Source of the DNA: Acidimicrobiales bacterium
Lineage (GTDB): Bacteria > Actinomycetota > Acidimicrobiia > Acidimicrobiales > GCA-2861595
DNA: 61,554 bases
Direction: 5' to 3'
Assembly: GCA_046596195.1 (NCBI GenBank)
Contig: JBKJNA010000122.1
Coordinates: 1 to 61,554 of the forward strand
The notes under the pieces are model-generated. The model was not told the DNA's origin. It saw only the letters and a program-made list of their open reading frames with translations, and did not search any database. A program made the translations under genes and the position numbers. Below are positions 41,125 to 50,815 of this stretch, piece after piece. Within the stretch, counting starts at the first letter, position 1, and the number at the start of each line of letters is the position of its first letter.

Positions 41125-41859
41125 TCAGACCACCTGCGCCGGCTCGCCGGCCGTCCGGAAGGGGTCGGGGAGCGTGACCACGCTGTCGCACAGGCGGTCG
41201 AGCTGGGCGCCGTCGTGGGAGACCATCAGCACGGTGCGCCGGCCCCGGAGGCCGGCGACGGCCATCTCGACGGTGGCGGCGGCGGCGGCGTCGAGGGCGC
41301 TGGTCGGCTCGTCGAGCAGCAGCAGGCTCGGATCGAGGGCCAGGGCGCGCGCCAGGCACAGACGCTGGCGCTGCCCGATGCTGAGCTGGCGGGCGGGGGC
41401 GTCGAGGCGGTCGGCGACCTCGTCCCACAGCCCCGCCTCCTCCAGGGCGCCCTGGCACCGGGCACGCAGCGCCGGGCGCGGCAACCGCTCCAGGTGCCTG
41501 AGGCCGAAGGCGGCGTTGGCCAGGATGGAGGCGGGGAAGATCACCGGCGTCTGACCCACCAGCACGGCCCTGGCCCGCAGGGCCGGGAGATCGCCGGCGC
41601 CGGGTTTCACGTCGACGCCCAGCACCCGCACGTCGCCCCCCAGCTCGAGCTCGGGGGGGAGCAGGCCGACGAGGGCCCGCAGCAGGGTGGACTTGCCCGC
41701 CCCCGACGGGCCCCGCAGCCCGAGGGCGGTGCCGGTCGGGAGGCCGAACGAGACGGGGCCGACCAGGCGGGTCGGCCCGGCGGACACGGTCAACGCTTCG
41801 ACCCGCACCGCCGCCGCCCGATCGTCGACCGAGACTGCGCCCTCCCACCCGTCGCTCAT
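41125..41859 (-). CDS. pstB: Phosphate-type ABC transporter ATP-binding protein
   Basis: C-terminal 244 aa of ORF 41125-43644, from the ATG at 41859: ...GLRGPSGAGKSTLLRAL...LSIGQRQRLCLARAL...LLLLDEPTSALD.... ATGA overlap with the permease gene's stop. Confidence 0.85.
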   Translation of the reverse strand: MSDGWEGAVSVDDRAAAVRVEALTVSAGPTRLVGPVSFGLPTGTALGLRGPSGAGKSTLLRALVGLLPPELELGGDVRVLGVDVKPGAGDLPALRARAVLVGQTPVIFPASILANAAFGLRHLERLPRPALRARCQGALEEAGLWDEVADRLDAPARQLSIGQRQRLCLARALALDPSLLLLDEPTSALDAAAAATVEMAVAGLRGRRTVLMVSHDGAQLDRLCDSVVTLPDPFRTAGEPAQVV

Positions 41860-43685
41860 GCCGCCGTCGCTCCGAGCCGGCGCCGGGCGGGGACGGCGGC
41901 CAGGACGAGGAGCGTCGCGACCACGATGAGGGCCAGGGCGGCGCCCCACGCGGCCTGGCGGGCGGCGGGCTCGGCCGAGTCCTGGGCAAGCGTGAAGATG
42001 TGGGTGGGGAGCGACGCGACCGGGGCGTTGCGCACCCCGGCCGGGATGGTGGGGGCGCCGGAGAACACGGCCGCCGTGAACAGCAGCGGCGCCGTCTCGC
42101 CCGCCGCCCGGGCCAGGCCCAGCAGCAGCCCGGTCACCAGGCCGGGGACGGCCTGGGGCACCAGCACCGATCGCACCAGCTGCACCCGTCGCAACCCGAG
42201 ACCGAGGGCCGCCTCCCGTCGCTCCGCCGGCAGGGCGCCGAGGGCGGCCGCCACCGCCACGGTGACCGGAGGGATCACCACCATGGCCAGCACGATGCTC
42301 CCAGACAGCCAGCTCTTCCCCCACCCGAGGCGGGTGGCGAACAGCCAGTAGCCCCACAGGCCGAGCAGGATCGACGGCACCCCGCCCAGGGTGAGGGTGA
42401 GCGACAGCAGCCACCGGGCGGTGCGGGGCCCGGCGTATTCGGCCACGACCAGTCCCAGGCCGAGGCCCACCGGCGCGGCGATGGCGCCGGCCGCGACGAC
42501 GAGCAGGACGGTGCCCGCCAGCTGGTCGCGGATGCCGCCACCGCTGCTGCCGACCGAGGGCGACCACCAGAACGACGGATGCAGGGCCGCACCCGCCCGG
42601 CCCAGCACGGCCACGACGACCGCTGCCACCAGGAGCAGGGTCGCGCCGAGGGCGGCCCCGAGGAGCACGCGCAGCAACCGGTCGCGGCCGACCCGGGCCC
42701 GGGTCGCCCCGCCGAGGCGGCCGACCCGGCCCGCCCCCCGCCGGGCCAACAGCCGCCGGGCCGGGACCCTGGCCGCCGCACCGCCGTCGTTGCCCCGGCC
42801 GGCCCGCTGCTGGCCGGCCACGGTGAGCAGGGCCACGCCGGCCAGCAGCACGAGACCGATGGCGCACAGGGCGGCCCAGTGCGCGCCCGACGTCCCCGCC
42901 AGGACGCTCTCGGGCCCGTTCAGCTTGGTGGTGAGTGTCTGGCCGGGCCGCACGAGCCGCTGGGCGACGTCGCCCACCGACGACGGGAAGCGGCCGTCGG
43001 CCCGCCCGACCAGGAGGAACACGGCGATGGTCTCGCCCAGCGCCCTGGCCAGGGCCAGGAGGGCAGCTGCGCCCATGCCCCGGCGGGCCGAGGGGAGGAC
43101 GGCCGAACGGATGACCTCGGTGCGGGTGAGGCCGCAGGCGGCCGCCGCCTCCCGGTGGCCGGCGGGCACGGCCTCGAGGGCGTCGGCCGATACGGCCACG
43201 ATGGTGGGCAGCACCATCACGGCCAGCACCAGGCCGGCCGCCAGCAGGCTGTCCCCGCCCGGGACGCCGGCCAGGTTGGCCACGAACGGGCGCAGGTAGG
43301 CGATGCCGATGAGGCCGTAGACGATCGACGGCACCACGGCCAGCAGCTCCGCCCCGCCCCGAAGGACGCCCTTCCACCGCCGGGGGGCCAGCTCGACGAT
43401 GGCGATCGCGGCGGCCCACCCGAGCGGCGCAGCGAGGGCCAGCGCCACGACGGCGACGGCGACGGTGCCCCAGAGCATCGCCGTGGCGCCGAACTGCTGG
43501 CGGGCCGGGTCCCACACCGACGAGGTGAGGAGCGCAGCCCAGTCGACCGGGCCCGACCGCACGCCGATGAGGAGGAAGGCCACGAGGGCGGCCAGGGCGG
43601 CGCCGGCGGCAGCCGCCGCCAGCCCGGTGCCCATGGGCACCCATCGCAGCCGGGCGGGCGGGCGCCGGCGGTTGCCGCCGACCAC
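41856..43685 (-). CDS. Fused PstC-PstA-like phosphate ABC transporter permease (609 aa, single ORF)
   Basis: ORF track, 609 aa. It has two permease halves, each with an EAA-like loop (...AAAACGLTRTEVIRSAVLPSARRG... and ...REAALGLGLRRVQLVRSVLVPQAVPG...). An Arg/Gly-rich linker joins them and there is no internal stop. Confidence 0.8.
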   Translation of the reverse strand: MVGGNRRRPPARLRWVPMGTGLAAAAAGAALAALVAFLLIGVRSGPVDWAALLTSSVWDPARQQFGATAMLWGTVAVAVVALALAAPLGWAAAIAIVELAPRRWKGVLRGGAELLAVVPSIVYGLIGIAYLRPFVANLAGVPGGDSLLAAGLVLAVMVLPTIVAVSADALEAVPAGHREAAAACGLTRTEVIRSAVLPSARRGMGAAALLALARALGETIAVFLLVGRADGRFPSSVGDVAQRLVRPGQTLTTKLNGPESVLAGTSGAHWAALCAIGLVLLAGVALLTVAGQQRAGRGNDGGAAARVPARRLLARRGAGRVGRLGGATRARVGRDRLLRVLLGAALGATLLLVAAVVVAVLGRAGAALHPSFWWSPSVGSSGGGIRDQLAGTVLLVVAAGAIAAPVGLGLGLVVAEYAGPRTARWLLSLTLTLGGVPSILLGLWGYWLFATRLGWGKSWLSGSIVLAMVVIPPVTVAVAAALGALPAERREAALGLGLRRVQLVRSVLVPQAVPGLVTGLLLGLARAAGETAPLLFTAAVFSGAPTIPAGVRNAPVASLPTHIFTLAQDSAEPAARQAAWGAALALIVVATLLVLAAVPARRRLGATAA

Positions 43686-43707
43686 GGTGGCGACCCGGGC
43701 GGTCAGC

Positions 43708-44604
43708 TCACGCCAGCCCGAGGTCGGCGCGGTTGAGGTAGCCGTGCCTGTTGACCAGCTTCTGCCCCTCGGCCGACAGGACGTAGTCGATGAACCGCTT
43801 GGCCGCGCTGGTGGGCGGCCCGTCGGTCACCAGGAACAACGGCCGTGCCATGGGGTACGAGCTGTCCTTCACGGTGGCGGGCGTGGGGGCCACACCGTCC
43901 ACCTCCAGGGCGGCCAGCTTGGGGTGGCCGGTGATGAACGACGTCGACAGGGGCCCCACGGAGCCAGGCGTGGACTCGAGCTTGGCCCGCGTCTCGGTGT
44001 TGCCGCCCACGATGGCGTAGTTGTCGGACTGCGGCGGCGGCGGCGCCTTGACGTCCTTGCCGTAGAGGAACTTGTCGAGCACCTCCCGGGTGCCCCTGCC
44101 CGGCTCCTTGTCGTAGACGAAGACCGCCAGGTCGGGCCCGCCGAGCTCCTTCCAGTTCGCCACCCGGCCCTCGAAGAGGGCCTGCAGCTGCGCCTTGTCG
44201 AGCCCGGTCACCCCGCCGTCGACCACCTCCTTGCGGATGATCACGCCCACGGCGTCCTGGCCGATCTCGGTGCTCACGAAGTCGACGTCCGGGAACTGGG
44301 CCTTGTCGGCGTCGGACACCTCCTTCGAGCTCATGGCGACCTCGACCTGGCCGGCGCCCAGCTGGGCGATGCCGCCCGCCGAGCCGCCCTGGCTGTCGAC
44401 CGTGATCTTCATCCCCTTGGCCCGCAGGACCTCGGCCGCGTCGGCGGCCACGGGGTTCACCGTGGTGGAGCCGCTGACCCGCAATGCGCCCGACTCGGCC
44501 GGCGTACCGGCGCTACCCGAAGGGCTCCCGCTGCCGCACGCTCCCACCAACGTCGCCACCAGCGCGACGAGCACCGTCCACCTCAGCCGACCTCCCCGTG
44601 TCAC
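43708..44604 (-). CDS. pstS: Phosphate-binding lipoprotein PstS-like
   Basis: ORF track, 298 aa. Lipobox ...ATLVGACGSGS. Periplasmic-binding fold motifs ...GSTTVNP...SQGGSAGGI.... First gene of the pst cluster. Confidence 0.85.
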   Translation of the reverse strand: MTRGGRLRWTVLVALVATLVGACGSGSPSGSAGTPAESGALRVSGSTTVNPVAADAAEVLRAKGMKITVDSQGGSAGGIAQLGAGQVEVAMSSKEVSDADKAQFPDVDFVSTEIGQDAVGVIIRKEVVDGGVTGLDKAQLQALFEGRVANWKELGGPDLAVFVYDKEPGRGTREVLDKFLYGKDVKAPPPPQSDNYAIVGGNTETRAKLESTPGSVGPLSTSFITGHPKLAALEVDGVAPTPATVKDSSYPMARPLFLVTDGPPTSAAKRFIDYVLSAEGQKLVNRHGYLNRADLGLA

Positions 44605-44759
44605 GCGTCCTCCGCCTTCTCGTCTAGATCAAACTGTATTGATCGAGGTGGGACTCTTGCAGAGGGGCGGCAGCCAGTCAACCTGCGGACCACCCCTCGT
44701 TCACCCACGGTCCAGATGCGGCTCACCTACGGGCGCAGCCGCACGGGCCGACCGCCCGA

Positions 44760-47042
44760 ATGCCGGAGCCGGCTCGGCTCGACCCGGGGTCGTCACATGT
44801 CGCCGGTACCCTGCGACGGGTGGAATCGCTGCTCGACGGCCTCAACCCCGTCCAGCGGGAGGCGGTGCTGCACGACGAGGGGCCGCTGCTGATCGTGGCC
44901 GGCGCCGGGTCGGGCAAGACCCGGGTCCTCACCCACCGCATCGCCTATCTGATCAGCGAGCGGGGCGTCTCGCCCTTCTCCATCCTGGCCATCACCTTCA
45001 CCAACAAGGCGGCCGACGAGATGAAGAGCCGGGTCGGCGCACTGGTGGGGCCGGTGGCCCAGCGCATGTGGGTGTCGACCTTCCACGCCGCCTGCGTGCG
45101 GATCCTGCGGCGCGACGGGGGGCGCCTGGGCTACCGGTCGTCGTTCACGATCTACGACGAGGCCGACGCCAACCGCCTCACCGGCTACGTCCTGCGCGAC
45201 CTCGACATCGACGCCAAGAAGTTCACCCCCCGGGCCGTGCACGGGGCCATCAGCGCGGCCAAGAACGAGCTGGTCGACGCGGCCGCATACGCGGCCCGGG
45301 CTCGGACCGTCTACGAGAAGCGCATCGCCGACGTCTACAGCGAATACCAGAAGCGCCTGCGGGCGGCCAGCGCCATGGACTTCGACGACCTCCTGGCAGT
45401 CACCGTCGAGCTGCTGCGCTCCGCCCCCGACGTGCTGGCCCACTACCAGGACCGCTTCACCCACATCCTCGTCGACGAGTACCAGGACACCAACCGGGCC
45501 CAGAACGAGCTCATCCTCCTGCTCGGCCGGCGCCACCGCAACGTCTGCGTCGTCGGCGACTCAGACCAGTCGGTGTACCGATTTCGCGGCGCCGACATCC
45601 GCAACATCCTCGAGTTCGAGGAGGCCTACCCCGACGCCACCACGGTCGTGCTGGAGCAGAACTACCGCTCCACCCGGACCATCCTCGACGCCGCCAACGC
45701 CGTCATTGCCAACAATGCCATGCGCAAGCCGAAAGCGCTGTGGACCGAGCAGGTGGGTGGCGAGGTCATCAGCCGCTACCACGCCGAGGACGAGCACGAC
45801 GAGGCGGCATGGGTGGCCGGGGAGATGCTTCGCCTCCACGACCACGGCGACACCACGTGGGCGGAGATGGCGGTCTTCTACCGCACCAACGCCCAGAGCC
45901 GGGTGCTCGAGGAACACTTGGCGAAGCGGAACATCCCCTACAAGGTGGTGGGGGGCACCCGGTTCTTCGACCGCCGCGAGGTGAAGGACCTGCTCGCCTA
46001 CCTGCGGGCGGTGGCCAACCCCACCGACGAGGTGTCGCTCAAGCGGATCGTCAACGTGCCCAAGCGGGGCGTGGGCGACACGAGCATCGCCCGCCTCGAC
46101 GGGTGGGCGGCGGCCAACGACGCCACCTTCGCCGCCGCCCTCGACGCGGTGGAGCGCAGCGGCGTCACCGGCCGCGCCGTCGGCGGCATCCTGGAGCTAC
46201 GCGGGTTGCTGCACCAGCTGCGGGCCTCGCTTTCGGAGGGAGCGTCGCCCGCCCGCCTGCTGTCCGACGTCCTCGACCGCACCGGGTACGGCCACGACAT
46301 GGAGGCCGAGGGCACCATCGAGGCAGCCGGCCGGCTGGAGAACATCGCCGAGCTGCTGGGCGTGGCCGACGAGCACGACTCGCTCGACGACTTCCTCGAG
46401 GCGGTGAGCCTGGTCTCCGATGCCGATGACATCGACGGCGACGAGAGCAAGGCCGTGCTGATGACCCTCCATACGGCCAAGGGCCTGGAGTTCCCGGCCG
46501 TGTTCGTGATCGGCCTGGAGGAGGGCGTTTTTCCCCACCTGCGCTCGCTGGGCGAGCCCTCCGAGCTCGAGGAGGAGCGCCGCCTCGCCTACGTGGGAAT
46601 CACCAGGGCGCGCCAGCGGCTCTACCTGTCCCATGCCTGGTGCCGCACGCTGTGGGGGTCCACCCAGTACAACCCGCCGAGCAGGTTCCTGGCCGAGATC
46701 CCCGAGGAGCTCACCAAGCTGGCGGGCGGCGGCAGGCCGCGCCCGTCGGCGTATTCGTCCGGCGGCGGCGGCTCGCGTTCCGGCGGCGGGGCGAACTCGG
46801 CCGACCACCGCCGCGACGTGGTGGAGGCGGCCCTGCGGGGCCGCATGGCCTCGCCGGTGAAGACGACGGGCGCCGAGGACCTCGGGCTGCGGGTGGGCGA
46901 GGACGTGGTGCACGCGAAGTGGGGCGAGGGCGTCGTGCTCGAGGTCATGGGCTCGGGGGACAAGGCCGAGGCGGTCGTGCGCTTCCCCGGCCTGGGCGAG
47001 AAGCACCTCCTCCTCTCCATGACACCGCTCAAGCGGGCCTGA
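44760..47042 (+). CDS. pcrA: ATP-dependent DNA helicase PcrA/UvrD
   Basis: ORF track, 760 aa, with ...LLIVAGAGSGKTRVLTHRIAYL...ILVDEYQDTN...TLHTAKGLEFPAVF...YVGITRA.... Confidence 0.95.
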   Translation: MPEPARLDPGSSHVAGTLRRVESLLDGLNPVQREAVLHDEGPLLIVAGAGSGKTRVLTHRIAYLISERGVSPFSILAITFTNKAADEMKSRVGALVGPVAQRMWVSTFHAACVRILRRDGGRLGYRSSFTIYDEADANRLTGYVLRDLDIDAKKFTPRAVHGAISAAKNELVDAAAYAARARTVYEKRIADVYSEYQKRLRAASAMDFDDLLAVTVELLRSAPDVLAHYQDRFTHILVDEYQDTNRAQNELILLLGRRHRNVCVVGDSDQSVYRFRGADIRNILEFEEAYPDATTVVLEQNYRSTRTILDAANAVIANNAMRKPKALWTEQVGGEVISRYHAEDEHDEAAWVAGEMLRLHDHGDTTWAEMAVFYRTNAQSRVLEEHLAKRNIPYKVVGGTRFFDRREVKDLLAYLRAVANPTDEVSLKRIVNVPKRGVGDTSIARLDGWAAANDATFAAALDAVERSGVTGRAVGGILELRGLLHQLRASLSEGASPARLLSDVLDRTGYGHDMEAEGTIEAAGRLENIAELLGVADEHDSLDDFLEAVSLVSDADDIDGDESKAVLMTLHTAKGLEFPAVFVIGLEEGVFPHLRSLGEPSELEEERRLAYVGITRARQRLYLSHAWCRTLWGSTQYNPPSRFLAEIPEELTKLAGGGRPRPSAYSSGGGGSRSGGGANSADHRRDVVEAALRGRMASPVKTTGAEDLGLRVGEDVVHAKWGEGVVLEVMGSGDKAEAVVRFPGLGEKHLLLSMTPLKRA

Positions 47043-47211
47043 GCGCCCTTCTTACAAATTCGGGAAAGTGCGGCGGAACTTGACCTGGCCCTTGGGGACA
47101 TCACGTAACGTGGTCACATCTAGAGTCAGCAGGACTCCAGTGGTACGTGCGAAGTGCACTTGCGTCGACAATCCCGACGTTTGGTCGGGGCTATTCGAGA
47201 AGAGGCCTTGG

Positions 47212-47769
47212 ATGGTGCAGATGATGCAGGACGACGCTGCGATCCGGCGATTCGAGGACGAGCTCTCGTCGCCCCGGAAGATCCTCCGGGCCTGTCTGCT
47301 CCTTTTGCTCGAAGAGCGGGCCGGGCACGGCTACGACCTGCTCACCCGCCTCGAACCCCTCGGGTTCGAGCGAAGCAACCCCGGCCGCGTCTACCGCGCC
47401 CTGCGGTGGCTGGAGAACGCCGGCTTCGTGCGCCCCAATTGGGAGACCACCGGCGTGGGCCCGGCCCGCCGCGTGTACGAGCTGTCGCCGTCCGGTCGCC
47501 ACGCCCTGGAGATTTCGGCCACCACCCTGCGCCGGCAGGCCAAGTCGGTCGACGACCGCCTGGCCCGCTACATCCTCGGTCGCCTGCGGGTGCTGTCGAA
47601 CAACAAGCAGGTCTTCGAGTTCACCGTCGAGGCGCAGCTGTCCGTGCAGGCGATCGACGAGATGTCGGCCCGCCGCAAGCTGGAGCGGGCCTTCGGCCAG
47701 CCCCATGTGCTCGACACCGACGTGCGCACCACCGGTGGCGTGTCCATCCGCGCCACCGAATCGGACTAG
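47212..47769 (+). CDS. PadR-family transcriptional regulator with C-terminal extension
   Basis: ATG at 47212 in ORF 47068-47769: ...LLLLLEERAGHGYDLLTRLEPLGF...GRVYRALRWLENAGFV...RRVYELSPSG.... Confidence 0.85.
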   Translation: MVQMMQDDAAIRRFEDELSSPRKILRACLLLLLEERAGHGYDLLTRLEPLGFERSNPGRVYRALRWLENAGFVRPNWETTGVGPARRVYELSPSGRHALEISATTLRRQAKSVDDRLARYILGRLRVLSNNKQVFEFTVEAQLSVQAIDEMSARRKLERAFGQPHVLDTDVRTTGGVSIRATESD

Positions 47770-48290
47770 GAGTCCGTCGCCTCGCTGGTCGAGGTGGTTC
47801 CGTTGAACGAGGCGGTGCGCAGGTCGACCCGTACCCGGCCCCCCTTCACCACGCCCGGGTAGGTGACGAGGCCCTCCCCGTCGGGAGGGTGGGCATGGCC
47901 CCGGCAGTCGATGAACTCCTCCCGGCCCCGGTCAAACGTGACGGCGCATGCCTCGTCGTCGGGGAGGCGGGCCTCGATGGCGGACCAGCCGGTGTCCGGG
48001 TCGTCGCCCAGGTGCTGGACGTAGAGGTTGCGGCCCCGCCCGAGCGACAAGGGGTCCTGGAACAGGAACGGGCCCCGGTCGTCGATCTCCTTGGACAGCC
48101 GCTCGGCGCCGCCCACGTTGAACACCGGATCGCCCAGGTTGGCCTTCTCCGGGTTCTGGGATGCGAACTTCACCACCGACCACACCAGCAGGGCCGACAG
48201 GCCGATGCCGATGACGGTGACGACCACGAGGCGGGTGGGGCTGCGCCGGGCGGCTGGGCGGGGAGCGGGGGGCACCTGCGTAGTATTCAC
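47766..48290 (-). CDS. Hypothetical membrane-anchored protein
   Basis: ORF track, 174 aa. The N-terminal TM segment is [21 protein letters not shown]. Its stop overlaps the padR stop in a CTAG palindrome. Its start lies 2 nt from the divergent gene at 48293. Confidence 0.6.
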   Translation of the reverse strand: MNTTQVPPAPRPAARRSPTRLVVVTVIGIGLSALLVWSVVKFASQNPEKANLGDPVFNVGGAERLSKEIDDRGPFLFQDPLSLGRGRNLYVQHLGDDPDTGWSAIEARLPDDEACAVTFDRGREEFIDCRGHAHPPDGEGLVTYPGVVKGGRVRVDLRTASFNGTTSTSEATDS

Positions 48291-48292
48291 GC

Positions 48293-48706
48293 GTGCAGCG
48301 CCCGTACCGAGTCGTGGTGGCCAAGCCTGGCCTTGACGGCCACGACAGGGGCGCCAAGGTCATCGCCCGGGCGCTGCGTGACGCCGGCTTCGAGGTGATC
48401 TACACCGGACTCCACCAGACGCCCGACCAGGTCGTGGACGCGGTGGTCCAGGAGGACGCCGACGCGGTGGGCCTGTCCCTCCTGTCAGGCGCCCACATGA
48501 CGCTGGTGCCCCGCATCATGAAGTTGCTGGCCGAACGGGGCAGAGGCGACGTGCTGGTGGTGTGCGGCGGCATCATCCCCGACGCCGACATCCCCGTGCT
48601 GAAGCAGGCCGGCGTGGCCGAGGTGTTCACGCCCGGCGCGCCGCTGCAGCGCATCGCCGAGTGGCTGGCCGGCGCCCTCGACGCCCGTGAGGAGGCAGCG
48701 ACCTAG
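48293..48706 (+). CDS. Stand-alone cobalamin(B12)-binding domain protein (methylmalonyl-CoA mutase small/C-terminal-domain type)
   Basis: ORF track, 137 aa: [42 protein letters not shown]...GLSLLSGAH.... This includes the DxHxxG B12 motif. Confidence 0.88.
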   Translation: MQRPYRVVVAKPGLDGHDRGAKVIARALRDAGFEVIYTGLHQTPDQVVDAVVQEDADAVGLSLLSGAHMTLVPRIMKLLAERGRGDVLVVCGGIIPDADIPVLKQAGVAEVFTPGAPLQRIAEWLAGALDAREEAAT

Positions 48707-49857
48707 TGGATCTGCTGGAGCACCAGGGCAAGGCGTACTTCGCCCGATTCGCCATTCCGGTCTCAACCGGCGGGGTGGCGGCGACGGTCGAGGAGGCACT
48801 CGACGTCGCCGACCGGGCCGGCTACCCGGTGGTGGTGAAGGCCCAGGTCCACGTGGGCGGCCGCGGCAAGGCGGGCGGCGTGAGGGTGGTGGCCGACCGG
48901 GCCGAGGCCGAGGCGGCGGCCAGGGCGATCCTCGGCATGTCGATCAAGGGCCACGTCGTGCACACCGTGCTGGTGGAGCACGCCACCGACATAGCGGAGG
49001 AGTACTACGCCTCGTTCACCCTCGACCGGGCGGCCAAGCTCCACCTCGGCATGCTGTCGGCCGAAGGCGGGGTCGACATCGAGCAGGTGGCGGTCGACAC
49101 GCCAGGCGCCATCGCCCGGCTGCCCATCGACCCTGTCGACGGGCTCAGCGAGGCGTTGTGCCGGGTGTGGGTGGCAGGCGCCGGCCTGCGCGAGGAGGCG
49201 GTCGCCGGCACCGTCGAACTGCTGCTCGCCCTGTACCGGTGCTTCGTGGAGGGCGACGCCGACCTGGCCGAGGTCAACCCGCTGGTGTTCACCACCGACG
49301 GCCGGGTGCTGGCCCTCGACGCCAAGGTGACCCTCGACGACAACGCCGCCTTCCGCCATCCGGAGTGGGAGGAGTACGAGGGTACCCAGGAGCTCGACGA
49401 GCGGGAGCGGCTGGCCCGGGACAAGGGCCTCCAGTACATCGGCCTCGACGGCAGCGTGGGCATCATCGCCAACGGCGCCGGCCTGGCCATGAGCACCCTC
49501 GACGTGGTGAACCAGGCGGGCGGGCGTCCCGCCAACTTCCTCGACATCGGCGGCGGCGCCAGCGCGGCGGTGATGGCCAACGCCCTCGAGGTGATCAACA
49601 CCGACGAGAACGTGCGGGCCATCTTCGTCAACGTCTTCGGAGGCATCACCCGGGGCGAGGAGGTGGCCAACGGCATCGTGGAGGCCATGGGCCGGGTCGA
49701 GCTGGCCTCGCCCCTGGTCGTGCGTCTCGACGGCACCAACGCGGCGGAGGGGCGGGCCATCCTGGCCAGGCACGAGTCCGACCGCCTCCAGAGCCGGGCC
49801 ACCATGCTCGACGCCGCCCGTGCCGCGGTGGAGCTGGCCGGCGGCGGGAAGGGGTAG
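48706..49857 (+). CDS. sucC: Succinate-CoA ligase (ADP-forming) beta subunit
   Basis: ORF track, 383 aa: MDLLEHQGKAYFARFAIPV...VVVKAQVHVGGRGKAGGV...NIFGGITR-like VFGGITRGEEVA. Confidence 0.95.
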   Translation: MDLLEHQGKAYFARFAIPVSTGGVAATVEEALDVADRAGYPVVVKAQVHVGGRGKAGGVRVVADRAEAEAAARAILGMSIKGHVVHTVLVEHATDIAEEYYASFTLDRAAKLHLGMLSAEGGVDIEQVAVDTPGAIARLPIDPVDGLSEALCRVWVAGAGLREEAVAGTVELLLALYRCFVEGDADLAEVNPLVFTTDGRVLALDAKVTLDDNAAFRHPEWEEYEGTQELDERERLARDKGLQYIGLDGSVGIIANGAGLAMSTLDVVNQAGGRPANFLDIGGGASAAVMANALEVINTDENVRAIFVNVFGGITRGEEVANGIVEAMGRVELASPLVVRLDGTNAAEGRAILARHESDRLQSRATMLDAARAAVELAGGGKG

Positions 49858-49859
49858 TC

Positions 49860-50744
49860 GTGGCCATCTTCGTGGACGAGACCACCAAGGTCGTAGTGCA
49901 GGGCCTCACCGGCAGCCAGGGTCGTTTCTACGGCCTGCACAACCGCGACTACGGCACGCAGATCGTCGCCGGCACCAACCCCCGCAAGGCGGGCACCGAC
50001 GTCGAGGGCATCCCGGTCTTCGCCACCGTGGGCGACGCGGCCGCCGCCACGGGCGCCACCGCCTCGTGCATCTTCATCCCGGCGCCGGGCGTCTTCGGCG
50101 CCGTGCTGGAGGCGGCCGAAGGTGGCATGGAGCTGATCGTGGTGATCACCGAGGGCGTGCCGGCCCAGGACGAGGCCCGCCTCTACAACCTGCTGTGCCG
50201 CGACTTCCCGGGCACCCGGCTGCTCGGCCCCAACTGCCCGGGCATCATCACGCCCGACCGCTGCAACATCGGCATCACGGCGGGCGAGATCGCCCTGGGC
50301 GGTGGGCCCGTCGGCATCGTCAGCCGGTCGGGCACCCTCACCTACCAGGCCCTCTACGAGCTGCAGCAGGCCGGCATCGGTGTCACCACCTGCGTCGGCA
50401 TCGGCGGCGACCCCGTTCCCGGCACCAGCTTCATCGACTGCCTGGCCGCCTTCGAGGCCGACTTGGAGACGAGGGCGGTGATGCTCATCGGCGAGATCGG
50501 CGGCTCGGCCGAAGAGGAGGCGGCGGAGTACATCAAGGAGATGATGACGAAGCCGGTGGTGGCCTACGTGGCCGGCCTCACCGCCCCGCCGGGGCGGCGC
50601 ATGGGCCATGCCGGCGCCATCGTGTCGGGCTCGAAGGGCACGGCCAGGGCCAAGATCGACGCCCTGCGGGCGGCCGGCGCCCAGGTGGCGGCCAACCCCA
50701 CCGAGGCGGGATTCCTCATGGCCTCGGTGGTCGCCGGCCTCTAG
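49860..50744 (+). CDS. sucD: Succinate-CoA ligase alpha subunit
   Basis: GTG at 49860 in the frame of ORF 48687-50744: [23 protein letters not shown]...SRSGTLTYQ...[10 protein letters not shown].... Confidence 0.95.
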   Translation: MAIFVDETTKVVVQGLTGSQGRFYGLHNRDYGTQIVAGTNPRKAGTDVEGIPVFATVGDAAAATGATASCIFIPAPGVFGAVLEAAEGGMELIVVITEGVPAQDEARLYNLLCRDFPGTRLLGPNCPGIITPDRCNIGITAGEIALGGGPVGIVSRSGTLTYQALYELQQAGIGVTTCVGIGGDPVPGTSFIDCLAAFEADLETRAVMLIGEIGGSAEEEAAEYIKEMMTKPVVAYVAGLTAPPGRRMGHAGAIVSGSKGTARAKIDALRAAGAQVAANPTEAGFLMASVVAGL

Positions 50745-50815
50745 ACGTTCTGGTCGGCAGATCGCGATGCACTTCACGGCGTTCCGCCGACAGAACGGTG
50801 GGCGACCCCGGCGGT

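Noticed and set aside
37611-41989. Very long minus-strand ORFs (37611-39800, 729 aa; 39509-41989, 826 aa) across guaA, arsR and the peptidase gene
   Set aside because: They are antisense or out of frame to well-supported genes. The sequences are dominated by R/P/G/A. Only the final 244 aa of the neighbouring ORF 41125-43644 (pstB) are real.
44627-44644. A+T-rich palindrome GATCAAACTGTATTGATC upstream of pstS as a Pho-box/PhoP operator
   Set aside because: It is a plausible operator location in the divergent pstS/pcrA spacer. I cannot match it to a known actinobacterial PHO-box direct-repeat consensus, and a single 6-bp inverted repeat is weak evidence.
44195-46429. 744-aa plus-strand alternate-frame ORF over pstS/pcrA, and the 989-aa ORF 49820-52789 over sucD/methyltransferase/helicase
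   Set aside because: They are out of frame with, or antisense to, recognisable genes. Their content is extremely Arg/Gly/Pro-rich and they cross gene boundaries that are otherwise well defined.
47079-47161. Promoter/operator candidates upstream of padR (TTGACC at 47079-47084; palindrome AAGTGCACTT at 47152-47161)
   Set aside because: No convincing -10 hexamer lies at proper spacing. A short palindrome could be a PadR autoregulatory site, but sequence alone cannot support it.
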